64,000 nucleotides of DNA from Octopus bimaculoides. Taxonomy: Eukaryota. The position numbers were made by a program, and so were the translations under genes. Shown one piece after another: positions 1 through 58,636 of this stretch. Position 1 is the stretch's first letter, and every line of letters begins with the position of its first letter. The DNA is taken from positions 44,898,782-44,962,781 of the forward strand of contig NC_069000.1 in NCBI RefSeq assembly GCF_001194135.2, written 5' to 3'. The notes beneath the pieces were generated by a model. That model was not told where the DNA came from, searched no databases, and was given only the letters and a program-made list of their open reading frames with translations.

Positions 1-825
1 ATTACAATGTTTTATCCCTGACAAACGCTCTCCTCCTTCAATCACAATTTACACAATGATCGAATGAATCCATTGTCTTCCATCAAAGTTAAACTTATAT
101 AAAAGATGTCCTCCACAGAAGGACATCTCCGAGGAAACAGCTTCTTTCTACAATATGGCGCCAACATTCAAGACCAACCACCCAAATGACTACTAACTTC
201 TATCTGTGTGGCTTAAACAGGCTGTTTATTACAACAATATCCGTTTAACACTTGCTCATGGCTGTTCAATTGAATCTCAATTTCCTTCTTTTTTTTTTAT
301 TATTTTACAATAATATTGATGTTGTTGTTGTAATTGATAGGTCAAGATAAGAAAGGACAATGAAAAGAAATATACTTGTCACAGCAGGTCATTTAGGATA
401 CATTGTAGGCTGGACAACTGCGCTTTTTCTGTTGCCATGGCGTTGACTAATGTTTTGTTGTTGTTGTTGTTGTTAATGGTGGTACTGGGGAGGTAGTGGT
501 GGTGCTGGTGAGGAAGTTTTGTATCATCCTGATGTTTAAAACAACTCAAGCATTCACTATTGTTAAGTTTGTAAGATGAGGTTCCACAAAAATCTATATT
601 ATTCACATCCCATAAATGTGTGTGTGTGCGCGTGAGTGTATGTCTGTGTGTGTCTATCTATAGAGGGATGGGCAAAGTAGGTACGCAGGATCATAGAATT
701 CTTATCTTAGAAAAAGAAATAGAGAAACAAAAAGAACAGTCCGATCATATTAAGCACCTGTATACATACGTCTGCCCACCCCTGTATACAGATATGTTTC
801 TATGTATCTACGACCAGGTGTCATA

Positions 826-1000
826 AAAGGCCTAATTGGAAGCCCAACCTTCTGAGCTCTTTTACAGGGGTTAGAAAAACTGAAGGGCCGCTGCAATAAG
901 TGTGTGAATCTGAGAGGGGAATATGTTAAATAAAATCATAATTAATTGATCCACCTGTATTTTCTTTTACCGAAAGCCAGGAACTTTTCAGCAAACACTC
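826..1000 (+). mobile_element. Mariner-type transposase C-terminal relic with terminal sequence
   Basis: Translates to LEAQPSELFYRGLEKLKGRCNKCVNLRGEYVK*, matching the mariner C-terminus pattern GI.KL..RW.KCV...G.YVE; followed by a TIR-like aaagccaggaacttttcagc. Confidence 0.7.
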
Positions 1001-2002
1001 ATGTGTGTGTGTGTGTGTGTATATATGGTTGATTCCCAGCCATGTGGTCTTGGGTTCAGTCCCACTGCATGGCCCCTTGAGCAAACGTTTTCGACTATAG
1101 CCCTAGGCCAACCAAAGACTTGCGAGTGGATTTTGTTGACAGAAGCTGGAAGCCCATTGTATATACGTGTGTGTGTGTGTGTGTGTGTGCATGTGTATGT
1201 GTATGCGTATGTGTGTGTGTGCAAGCGTATGTGTATTACTGTTTCCTTACTTTGACATTGTGCGATAGTTGTGAGTGTCACTGTCTTTTGATTCCAGTCT
1301 TCCAAGACATGGTTGATCACAGGGAAATGTTTCCTTGTATGGAAACAGTTGAGGGTTGGTGACAGGAAGGGCATGAAGCTGTGGAAAAATCTGCCTCAAT
1401 AAAATCCATCTGACCCATGCAAGCAGGAAAAAGTGGACGTTAAACAATGATGGTGGTGGTGGTGATGATGATGACAACGACAACGATGATGACAATAGTG
1501 GTGGTGGTGATGATGATGATACGTTTACACAGATATACAAGTGAACTGGAGAGCAGTTATGCACAATCATTTGTGGACTGGTGGTTCACATGCACTTTCT
1601 CATTGCACAAAGGGCCTCCCATCGGAACCCACTCACAAAAATAGATCAGGGATCCTAAGGAAGAGAAAGAAAGAGAATTAATTAAAATATTAAAAAATTA
1701 ATCTGCTAAAATACTGCCAGTAGTGGCACCCACTCTTTAGGACAATAATAATGTTAGAATTTGTGAAGCAATATCTCTAGAACTCAATAAGGGTTTTCTT
1801 ATCCACTGAGGAAGACTAGTCCATTGGAAACAATCCTTAAACTTATTCATTTGCAAACAAACCATAGGGTCACTGTTTCATCCATCGGTCCTTTGATCAA
1901 CATTCTTCACAGTGAGCCAGCACTGCATAAGAAGTACCTGCGCTGATGCCACGTAGGTTGGCATTAGGAAGGGCATCCAACTGTAGAAACTATATCAAAA
2001 GT

Positions 2003-2129
2003 TGGTCGACTTTGCCTTTCATCCTTCCAGGGTCGATAAATTAAGTACCAGTTACGCACTGGGGTCGATGTAATCAACTTAGTCCCTTTGTCTGTCCTTG
2101 TTTAGCCCCTTGTGGGCAATAAAGAAATA
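2003..2129 (+). mobile_element. 5'-truncated SINE (family B) with 18-bp target-site duplication, inserted in a GAT-tailed repeat
   Basis: agaaactatatcaaaagt occurs at 1985-2002 and 2130-2147. The insert matches the 3' part of the copies at 42354 and 60446. Confidence 0.85.
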
Positions 2130-3295
2130 AGAAACTATATCAAAAGTGACAACTAGGGCCTAGCGCAGCCCTCTGGCTTTCCAGTTCCTGTCAAACCATC
2201 CAAACCATGCCAACATGGAAAATGGACTTAAAATGACGACGACAAAGATATTGAGAGGATGTTGATATATTTGTACTGATAACAAAATGTTAAAATAAAA
2301 AGATAACTGTCTTTCTAGAGAGAAATCATTTAGATTCCAACCGCCATGACTTTCAGAAGCTGCATAACAACATTGCTGGCACCATTTTGCTGACATTGTA
2401 AATGCTCTGAGATGTGGCTCCAAGACAAATAGCATTTATCTTGCTTTCAGCAGAGTCAACCACAGCATTCCTCCTCCTCATCATCACCGTTTAACACCTG
2501 TTTTCCATGCCGGCACAGGTAAGACAGCTTCATAGGAACTAGCAAGCCTGAGAGCTGCACCAAACTCCAATTGTCTTTTTTTGGTATGGTTTCTATGGCT
2601 TGATGGTCTTCCTAATGCCAACCACTTTACAGGGTGTGGGCTGGGTGCTGTTTACATGGCACCAGCAGAGGGGCTTTGTACATGACACAAAACACCTGGA
2701 ACACAGGTGCTTTTTACGTGGAACTAACATGTGTTTTTTTACCTGACCATTCAATAAAATAACAAAGGACATTTGTGGTCACTTCCAATAGTTAATACAA
2801 GCAGCCCAAGCTCTTAAAAAGCCATTCAACATTAGTAAATTGTTGTAGTGTATCATGTTTTCCAAGAATCAAAACCCAACATGTTGTGATTGATGGGATA
2901 ATTGGCTACTTGTGATTATCTTCCTTTTTCATTCAGTGTCAGTTGCAGCTGACGCTAAGTGTTTGTTTACTTTCCTTTTGAAGCAAAAACCTTTTGCTAA
3001 ATCAAGAAATTTTCATGCATGGTGATCAGTAAGCATTTCTTTGTCCTTCTTATCTAAATTTATGTCACTGATCCAGGAAGAAGTTTTATCTCATACACCA
3101 TGTTTGTTTTGTATGCTTGTGTGTGTGTGTGTGCATGCGTGTGTGTGTGTGTTTACATTTCTAATGTAATTTTACAAGCATAGAGAAATATGAAAATAAC
3201 CCACTTTTACATTGAATGTACAGAAGTAATTACAGCTATAAAATGTTAGTTCATTTGAATGTTCGTGTGTGTATATATATGCATACACACACACG

Positions 3296-3326
<31 letters not shown>

Positions 3327-3586
3327 CAACGTTTGCATTCAATTAATGTAATTAATAAATTATAAAAGATGCTTATCTTCTCACACAGACAAACAGATAG
3401 ATGTAGGTATGGATACATACAAATATATAGATAAAGATGTCTCAACAAATTCTATCTGGTCCATGGAAGCCTGGAAAAATTGATATTAAATGATGATGGT
3501 AACAATAATATATATATAACGATATACAGAGATGTATATACATATGCATACATAGACATATATAAATGTGTGTGTGTGTGTGTATA

Positions 3587-3990
3587 CAGGGTATGTAAGA
3601 TACTTGAGGACAGATTTATATTTATAAAAAAACATAATAACAGATAATAACTTTATTTATCAAAAAATGCTATGAGGATAAAAATAAACCTTCTTTTCTA
3701 TAATGTTATTCAGTAAAGCCACCTTCAGCTTCAACAACTGCTTCTGTATGAGATCTAAATCCTTTATATGCTCGAATCAAGCGGTCCTGGTTCATTTTGG
3801 ACACTATTCTGACTATGGCAGCTTTCAAAGAATCTTTGGTGTTGTGGATGTGTTCATTGACCCCTCTCTCAACAACACTCCACGTGTAATAGTCCAATGG
3901 ATTGAGATCTGGGGAATTAGGAGGCTAAATGTTAGGGGTTATGTGATCATGAAAGTTTTCAGCCATCTGTTTCTGTGTTACTAGAGCCAA
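3587..3990 (-). mobile_element. Tc1/mariner (maT/DD37D-like) transposase 3' relic
   Basis: Minus strand reads MAENFHDHITPNI*PPNSPDLNPLDYYTWSVVERGVNEHIHNTKDSLKAAIVRIVSKMNQDRLIRAYKGFRSHTEAVVEAEGGFTE*. This is the WPPNSPDLNP.D motif with W changed to stop. TA+CAGGGT terminus at 3585-3592. Confidence 0.85.
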
Positions 3991-6900
3991 TAACAGAAAA
4001 AACTGCCTATATTGTGAATCGCAGTTGAACATTGTGACATGCAGTTAAACATTCTAATTGCGTTATTTCAATTATCAACCCATTAATACCTTGTGTTCCA
4101 AAAATAACCTCAAAAAAAAAAAAAAACAGGAGAGTCAGAGAATTATGCAAAATAATATATTTTTTCAATTTCCAATACAGTCCGTAAATAATCAAGTTTT
4201 CCTGAAGCTTAACTAATCTCTGAATAACAACAGCAAAAATAGGTTGGTTGGTTGGTTGGTGGGTCGGGGGGTCTGCCGTCACACTTTACATTGTATTGAG
4301 AGAGGGGGAGGAGAGAGTAAAAAGAGAAAGACAGAGATAATATTAATATAGGAGGTGTTGTTCAGTGGCAAACTGGCAAAATCGTCAGCACACCCAGGTG
4401 AAAAACCTGGGTGGTATTTTGTCCGTGTTCACCTTTGGAGTTGAAGTTCCACTGAGGATCAACTTTGCCTTTCGTCCTTTCAGAGTTGATAAAATAAGTT
4501 ACCAGTTAAACACTGGGGTTGTTTTAATCGACTTACCACCTCCCCACCTCACTCCACTGCACCCACCCCACCCACACCTGAAATTGCTGGCCTTGTGCCA
4601 AAATTTGAAATCAATACGAGAGGAGCTGAATGAGTGCATGTACTAGGCATGGTGACACGCACTGAGTAAAGGAATGCTATGCACAGTGAAAGAGAAAGGA
4701 GGAGGAGGAAGAAGAGGATGAGAAGGAGGGAGAAGAACAAGGAGGAGAAGGAGAAGAAGTGACCTTCTTTGCATTAAGATCTGAACTGTAAGAACTTCTC
4801 TACCCTGATGACAGAGGCTCATCTTATCCAGTGTTGATTACATCTATTACAGCTACATACTGAGATGAACTCCATCAACCAACATCATTATGGATCTCTG
4901 ACCCCCACCCCCGAAACAGCTGTTGGACTTTCTTGGATCTATTATTATAAATATCTATGTAGTTGCATTTACATATTCATTCTCTGATCACGAGCAGGAG
5001 TAATGGGGGAGCATCACAGCCAAGTGTTGAGAGGGATTCTTTGGGGTTTGAATAAATGTAACAAAAGCAAAGTTTGAAGGGGATATTAGTCATTTGTCAT
5101 GCTTTCTAGGGGTCAGCAAATAGAAAACAACAGTTGCTACTCAAGGACAAAAATCGTGTTACAGTATTATGTTTGACAGAGTTGTCTGAATGCTAAAGAG
5201 TAAAATATTCTTGCGCGAAATAAGGAAAATATTGATGTTCATAGTTTACTTAAAACACACAACCAACATAAAATCTAAAAGTTTTGGCTGAGAATGGCAG
5301 CTAGCTAGAATTGAACTCACGATCATGGAAATACGGAGACAAACCGGAAACGTTTATTATCTTGTAAGTTCAGAATGACCCGTCAAAGTCTCGTCGATTT
5401 AGGCTAATTTTTTTCTGACCTAATTGATTTTTAATTGTCCCAGATGTGTTGATCGTACTTATTGATCGACTATCTGTCGGTAGCAAATAGATAATGTGTT
5501 CATTAAAAAGCTTAAGAAAAGGCGCCGAATTAAACCATATGGTAAGCTGTTTTAATACAAAGACACGTGTTTGAGCCAGCATTTACACACATCGTAATTC
5601 CACTACAATACAAGAAGTAGCGGCGCGCGCGTGTGTGTGTGTGCATGCATGTGTACATGTATACACACACACTCACAAACACATGCGCACATGTTACTTG
5701 TGGTTTGTCGTTTACTTCAGTCATTTGATTGGCCATACTGGGGCATACATTCATATACACACACAGAAACTCGCACGTGTATTTGTGTTGTGTGTGTGTA
5801 TGTATGTACCTTTCGCTTCAGTCATTTGACCGCGGCCATACTGGGGCATACATTCACACACACACACAGGCCCACGTGTATTTGTGTCCACACACAAACA
5901 CATATATATGAATATTCATACGCATATCCACGTGTATGGATGTGTGTGTGTGTGGGGGGTAACAGTTTGGTGCAATCAAGTTTTTTGTTTTTGCTTTCAT
6001 TTCAGCAGTGGCTAAACCTCTCGGTTCCGTCTCTAGTAGCAGTTGATCATTTCGCTGCGTTGCTGCCACATATACAGACAGACAGGCAAGGTGCTTGTAT
6101 TGGATGGCTGTTTTTCGACTGACTGCTGGCTGAGTGAGTGGTGGTGGTCGTCGTCGTTCACCAATAAGCTTGTGACTTATAAACAGAGAGTAATTGAATG
6201 TCTGAGAAAGAGAGACAGAGAGAGATGACTAGATAGATAAAAATAGAGAGACAGCGAAAGAGAGGGAGAGAGAGCGAGATTGTTTAATAAAAGACTGTGA
6301 AACGGTTGTGATCAGAGCGACCACCTGGCAAGCATCACAACTGCCGCCACAATTCGCAGACTGTCTCTTGTTTGGCTTTACAAACTAAAACCATCTTTAA
6401 TTCTCAGCATCATCATCATCGTCGTCATCATTAACAACAATAGCACCAATCACGCATATTGTCTGCAAGATCCCTCTCGCCACGACAACAACAATTTCGG
6501 ATTTTTATTACTTGGATTGTGGTGGGCTTTTATTTTTCTGGTCAATCCTTCCGCAATAACTACCTCCCTTTTGATGCCACACATACAATATCTTCTAAAA
6601 GATCGACTTTTAATCCCCCAACCAAATATATGTATACAGATAAACGCATACACACATATGTATATTCTCTAAAAGTGACTAAAAACGAAGAATACACACT
6701 CTTTCTATAAAGCTTCCCAGATTGAAATTCAACGTTCTTTTAAACCAATGTCTTCATATTAATCTTTAATGGATCTTTGAACACCTTATTCATTTCGATT
6801 CTTGCTATTCTCAATTTCCTCCTTTATTATTCTCCGGCAATACACTTAAAACTGTTAATTCTTGGAGTGAAAATATTTTTATATGGCCCTGACTGCTTAT

Positions 6901-8204
6901 TTTCGCTTATCTCGCAATGTCTTTACTGGCTCCATTCATTGAAGTGTAGTCGCATGTACGTTTATCTCAGCAGAATCTGTTTATCAACAATCTCCGTACT
7001 TCTACACCAGATCTACAGTTGCTATTTTACATTCTTCTGGTTTGTTTTAGTGCTACTGTTGTTTAATTATTTATCATCATTATTACTAATAACCCCCTAT
7101 CTCGTTTTTATCCCCCATTACGTATTTACCCCACCCCTTCATTCTATAGAATTTAACTCTATGATTCCTCTTCCTGAAGTGGTTGACTAAATGTATAATT
7201 AGTGTTACACACGCTACACGAGGTCTTTCTTCGCCAGTTAATGTTTTCCCTCTCTAATTCTCAAACACAGAACACATGCTGGGTCCGCCTATTTCTCGTT
7301 TCCTTACAGACTTCATTGAAACGATTTTAACCCCTATTTAATTAAACAACAGTTTGGTTGTAACTGTGATGGAATCAGAATTACTTTTACGAAGACTTGT
7401 TGCAATGGATCTCTTATAAATTTACAAATTCTTTTTTAAAAAACCAAACTCGCAAACTAAAACACTAAACCTGAAAATCCTTAGGCGTCGAGGACCTTAC
7501 CGTTGGCTCTTCGTCACGCATTCCAAATGTGGGGCGAAAAGAACTCATTGTTGCTGTTAAATTCTTACCTTTAACGTTTTATATACCGTTAACTCTTCGT
7601 CATTATATTTTTCTAATTCTTTTCGTATCTGATTTTCGCCTGAATACATTGTTTAACGGTTGTTGTTTTAAAAGGTATTTTTAAAGATCATATTTGTCTT
7701 CCATCATTGCAAGATATTGTTGCAAATCGACATAATAACTGTTCTGTGATAATTTTTATAAACTATAAATTCCTCGTTATTTAGTCAGCGAGTTGAATGG
7801 AACCAATTAAAGCCCCAAAACCGAACCCTATGACAATTCGAAAACGAACGGATCTCAAAATTAGTTAACACGTTTCTTTTTTCCTACAGGTCTTTCTGGT
7901 GTGGGTAGTGTTCAATAAAAACCCACACGTTTAGATGGTGTATAAAGATTTCAAATATATATATATATACATATACATCTGTATGTACCCCCATCCCTTA
8001 AATAACTTGCAAATGAGTCTTTAAGTTTCGTGCAAAAAAAAATTTTTTAAAGCCCTCAACAAGGAAAAAAATTCTTGTTTTCCCCGTTTCGCACATCTCA
8101 CAGGTGCCTCTACAAATCTCTGTTTCTCTCTGTCCCTATCAGTACTTCACCATCAGGTACCCCTCATTTGGTTTTAGAGACTGACTGTCCGTGGTGGGAG
8201 CTAG

Positions 8205-53292
<45,088 letters not shown>

Positions 53293-53549
53293 GACCCAGA
53301 TGAATTTGCAATCTGCTCAAGTATGAATCATCATCATGTTTCCATTAGTATTTGGTTCCGCACCGTTTGTCACCAATTCGAAATCAGTGGTATGGATATA
53401 TATACTACAACCGTTGACCATTAACACTAACAAGACGCCCAAGTTTTCTTTTGGCTGCATCGTTTGGAACGCTCTGCAGTTGGTTCACTACACCTGCTTT
53501 ATCCACATCAAACATCCATGCTCAACTCGTATCCATATTTTAAAAATGA

Positions 53550-53687
53550 AATAAAAATAAAATGTTTAAAAAAAATCGATCAATTTTTAATATTTTTCCC
53601 TAGAATTTCAACTTATTTAGCTACAAAAAAAAAACAGGAATTAAAAAAATTCCTCTCTTTGTAATTGTAAAAAATCCTGTAAATAAA
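53550..53687 (+). terminator. Candidate IMPDH polyadenylation signals
   Basis: AATAAA at 53550, 53556 and 53682 in the AT-rich 3' UTR. Confidence 0.45.
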
Positions 53688-56600
53688 TAAATATATATAT
53701 TTTGAAGTCAGACCCTTGTGTACTTTGGACGGTATAGGGCCTTAAATGGTTGTGGGATTAGCTAGGGGAGATATTGTTGAGTCCTAGCTATTGAATGTAG
53801 ACTGGTTGAAAAACAGTTTAGTGATTCGTTTTTAACCTCTTTCTACACCCAATGGCGGCAATAATCTAGGGGACTGCAATACTACAAAATCTACAACCAA
53901 TTTTGACTAATATTTTGCCAAAGATGGCACAATGTAAATGATTTGTGAAACAACAGAACCAATATTATTAACTGGAAAAGATGGCCCCCATATATAATGA
54001 TGGCTATGATCCTGTTCATGTTATTAGTAGCAAAAGCTTAGTTGTTCTTTAGTTTGTCTGTTAGCAACAATGTTTTTAGTCTTGTCTTAGAATTTGCCAT
54101 GTTTATTGAAGATAAGGAATGATTAAAGACATCCTAAGGTGGTGGTGGTGGTGGTGAACTGGCAGAATTGTTGGAGCATTGCATTGAATGCTATGCAGTA
54201 TTTGTTTCAGATTTCTGCACTGCAAGTTCAAATCCCACCAAAGTTGCCTTTGCATTTCTACCTGAGGGAGAGACTGTAAAAAGAGGATAGGTACCAATCT
54301 AAGGCGGTGGACCGATGAGAATGTAGGACCAGGTGCCTTGTGGTTTTTTTTGTTCAGGCTCTGTTCTGAATACTAATCTATGTGGGAACACCCTGCACCC
54401 ACTTGGCACCTTGGTTGCTTTTTTTTTTTTTTCTCAGCAGGGTTCACTCTAGCAAACCCTTGGGCCTAGTTTAGAGGATACCTCTCTCTCTCTCTCTCTC
54501 TCTCCCACCAGTTCCAGGAACCCTGCAAAAGGTCATGGATACTGCCTACTCCCTTGACAAGAAAAAAAATCAAATCCATATTCCCGGTTTTACATCAGTT
54601 CTTACAATGACATGGTTTAGTCAGCCCCTTCCTCAAATAGCTTTTCTTATTCTAAGTGTTTAGTTATTTCCATTCTCTTAGTTCTAGATGAAACTAGTGT
54701 CAGCCAGCAGCACAGTAGCCATTATTTAATCTCATTACATATTAATGTGTCTTCTTGTCTCCACTTCTCTGAGCCACCCAGTTTTAGTCCACCCCGTGAC
54801 ACTTGTTCCTTTCCTCCAAGCTACCCTGGTTGTTTAGTCCACCTCTACCCCCATCCTATTCATATCAAACAATAAACCAATCTACTGAAGAGTAGATGTG
54901 TCTCTTCGGAATCTCGACATTCTGTTGTGAGTGCCAAACTTATTAAAATATGGTTGTTATAATCATTGCCATCATGATCATCATCATCATCAAAAAATAT
55001 ATATTCAATGAATAAAAAATTTAAAACAAATAAAAAGGATTCCTTTTTTTTTTTTTTCAATAATTTGGTATCTTGCCCTTTAACCCTTTTGTATTCAGAT
55101 TTATCAAATGTGATATTTACCTTATTTTGAATTAATCACGAATTATCTTGTAGCTTCAAAGTTCCAATGAGGTGATAGGCCAGATCTGGCTGATTTGAAC
55201 ATAAAACATGTAGAATATTCCTGCTGATATGGCCAGTTGAAATTATTTCTTGGAATCTTCGGGATTTGAAAGCGACATCCATATCAGAATTCCAGCAATC
55301 AACTTATTTTCAAACTTTCGGATTCATATCCGCAATGGTCATCATTGCTCTTTGCCATGCTTACATGGGGTGGCTTGAATTTGATTTTCTACAGCTGGCT
55401 GCCCTTCCTATCACCAACCCTCACCTGTTTCCAAATAAGGTAATATTTTTCCAAGGATAAACTGAAAATAAGGGGCATCAAGGGAGATGGGGGCACCACA
55501 GAAGTAGTAAATGGTTTATGGTACAAAAGAAATCACTTTAAAATTATGGAGATGTACTTGCATAGCAAGTGACCTTATTCTGAGATTGCAGCATGGAAGG
55601 TGTTTATAAGCCATTAAAAAAAAACACAAAAACCGTTAGATTCACTTCAACATTTGACCTGTTCACTGACAAAATTCCGTACAGCATGGAACGGGTCACG
55701 GTCGTGCTTCTTAAATGCTTATAAACACTTTCCACACTTTAAAATTGCTAAAATAATAACCAAAGTGGTTTATATGATTGGAAATAGAATTTGAAATGTT
55801 TGTGATCTATGACTTCGCAATTAAAAAAAAGAACTTTTCAAGTATAAATAAAGTGGAAGTAGACAAAAATAGCCTTGGGCCGACCAAAGCCTTGTGAGTG
55901 GATTTGGCAGACAGAAACTGAAAGAAGCCTGTCATATGTGTTTGTCCCCCCCAACATCACTTGACAACTGATGTGTGTAAATGCTTGGTAGATCAGCTCA
56001 AGCAAGGACCTTTGTGTTTGGGACCTTGTCTTGCTTGGTGATGCTCAACAGCTCTCTCAAGCAGTTCACGTAGAAGTGGTTTAGCTTTTTGGCTAATCAG
56101 ATCAACACTGACACAAGGCTGCCCTTCCTGGCAAAGCTGCACCACCTCCTACAAACAGAAGGGTCTGAAGGGGGCACAAAGAAAATACAAACTGTGCAAG
56201 TCCAGAGTTAAGTCCTTGCCTTCAGTTCCAACTGACCACTAGGGCCCAACCAGTGACTGAGCCTTCCAAGCATGCATTGGACTGATCAGCCAGTTGGACA
56301 CACTGTGTTCTGTCCCCTTCTCTTATGTGATGTCCTTGGTCAGCATCAACAACAGATTAACTAATAATACATACAGGTGAGTGTTAGTGTAACACCTTTG
56401 CTCAATATTGCATCATAGGCGAGGGAAGTTGGCAGAAACGTTAGCACAGCGGGTGAAATGCTTAGTGGTGTTTCGTCTGACTTTACATTCTGAGTTCAAA
56501 TTCTGCCAAGGTCGACTTTGACTTTCATACTGGGGTCGATCTAATCGACTGGCCCCCTCCCCCAAAATTTTGGGCCTTGTGCCTAGAGTAGAAAAAAATA

Positions 56601-58630
56601 TTTCATCACAGTTTTAGACAAGTGTCATCATCATCATCATCATTGTACAAGCAGTGTCTAATATTCTGTGAAAACATGTCCGGGCATGAGAGAGAGACAT
56701 GACCTTGTGCAGAAACTAGTTAAAGTTGGTGACAGGAAAGGCATCCAATCACAGAAAAGTGTTTCAACAAAATCTTTCTAAACCATGCAAACATGGGGGA
56801 AAGGTGGGCAATGAAGATGATGATGATGACTATATGCATAAAAAAAAACAATAAGTATTGACATATGCAATGTTCATTTATCTTTTGTTTCAGTCATTAG
56901 GCTAAGGCCATACTGGGGCACTCCTTGAAGGTATTTAGTACCTATTCTATCAGTCACTTTTGGCAAAATGAACATTCACCTAATAAATGAAGTTGTTGTA
57001 AGTTAAGCTAGGACCAATGTGGACAGTCTAATTTGCCTATTTGTGTTTTAGAAAGCTTGTCATTAATTAAATAAATTTTATGCACAACACAGATACACAC
57101 ACAGTGGAAGTCAGGGATAATGTAAGCGAAAGCTTATTGGTGATGTAAACAAACCAACACTGGTTGTCAAGCTGTGGTGGAACAGAAACATGGACACGTA
57201 CACACAACAGGCTTCTTTCCGTTTCAGTCTATCAAATCCACTCGCAAGGTGTTTTTGGTCAGCTTTAGGCTACAGCAGAAAACACTTACTTGCCCAGTGA
57301 GCCATGCAGCAGGACTGAAGCAAGTGGGAATCAAACTCATTACCACACAGCCTCACCTGCACCTGTCGTGAGCATTATTAGTATTATTATTATTATTATT
57401 ATTAAATGTGGTGAGGAAAACAACAATAGTTAGTGGCTAATATTGTTAGTGGCTGACATGCGTTGCTCAGGGGTTAGCAAAATACACAACGTCTGTTGTA
57501 AGATTTTACTGAATGATGACTTACCTTAAACTCAAGGTGTTACACTGTGTGACTAAACCTGGTATCAACAGGTATGGCTGATACTGTACTACGTCAGTTC
57601 CACAGGCTAAGCAAGCAGATATACAAGCGGCACAAAGGTTAACGAACATAATACTCTCTTACAAGGCTGAACATGGGAAGACAATTAAAACAAGAGCAAA
57701 ACAAACAAAAAAAAAAGGCAAATGAAATTTGTGTACGAAATTAATTTAATTTAATTTAAAAGAAAAAAAAACAAACAGAAATTATAAACAAGTCCCTAAA
57801 TGACATCTGGATATTATCTGAATATTATCCGGATCTTAATGGAATTTCTGCATTAACTGGATAGAGACAACCACAAACAATATATGTGTGTGTGTGTGTG
57901 TGTGTGCATGAGAGAAACCACAAACAGTATCATTTTATGCTTGTTTTCCATAACTGAATGGGTTGGACAGTATGGAAAGCTGACAAAATGACAATGAAGT
58001 TACCATATGGGGCTCTCCCTCTCATATATATAAAATTGTATATATATAAGCATGTATGTGTACGTATATATATATATATATATATATATANNNNNNNNNN
58101 NNNNNNNNNNNNNNNNNNNNNNNNNNNNNNNNNNNNNNNNNNNNNNNNNNNNNNNNNNNNNNNNNNNNNNNNNNNNNNNNNNNNNNNNNNNNNNNNNNNN
58201 NNNNNNNNNNNNNNNNNNNNNNNNNNNNNNNNNNNNNNNNNNNNNNNNNNNNNNNNNNNNNNNNNNNNNNNNNNNNNNNNNNNNNNNNNNNNNNNNNNNN
58301 NNNNNNNNNNNNNNNNNNNNNNNNNNNNNNNNNNNNNNNNNNNNNNNNNNNNNNNNNNNNNNNNNNNNNNNNNNNNNNNNNNNNNNNNNNNNNNNNNNNN
58401 NNNNNNNNNNNNNNNNNNNNNNNNNNNNNNNNNNNNNNNCTCAAATAATTTTGTTGTTGTTGATTAAAATGACTTTTATTTTGTTATACATACATATATG
58501 ATTATATATATACACACATATGCATATATATATATATTATTCTTTTATTCCATTTGTAGTATTTCCAGAGCAGCAAATTTTGGCCATTATGGAGATGGGG
58601 CATCAATGCTTAAAAGTTTTTTTTTTCTAA

Positions 58631-58636
58631 TTTATT
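58631..58636 (-). terminator. Candidate WASP polyadenylation signal
   Basis: tttatt on + (AATAAA on -), about 960 nt past the stop codon. Confidence 0.3.
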
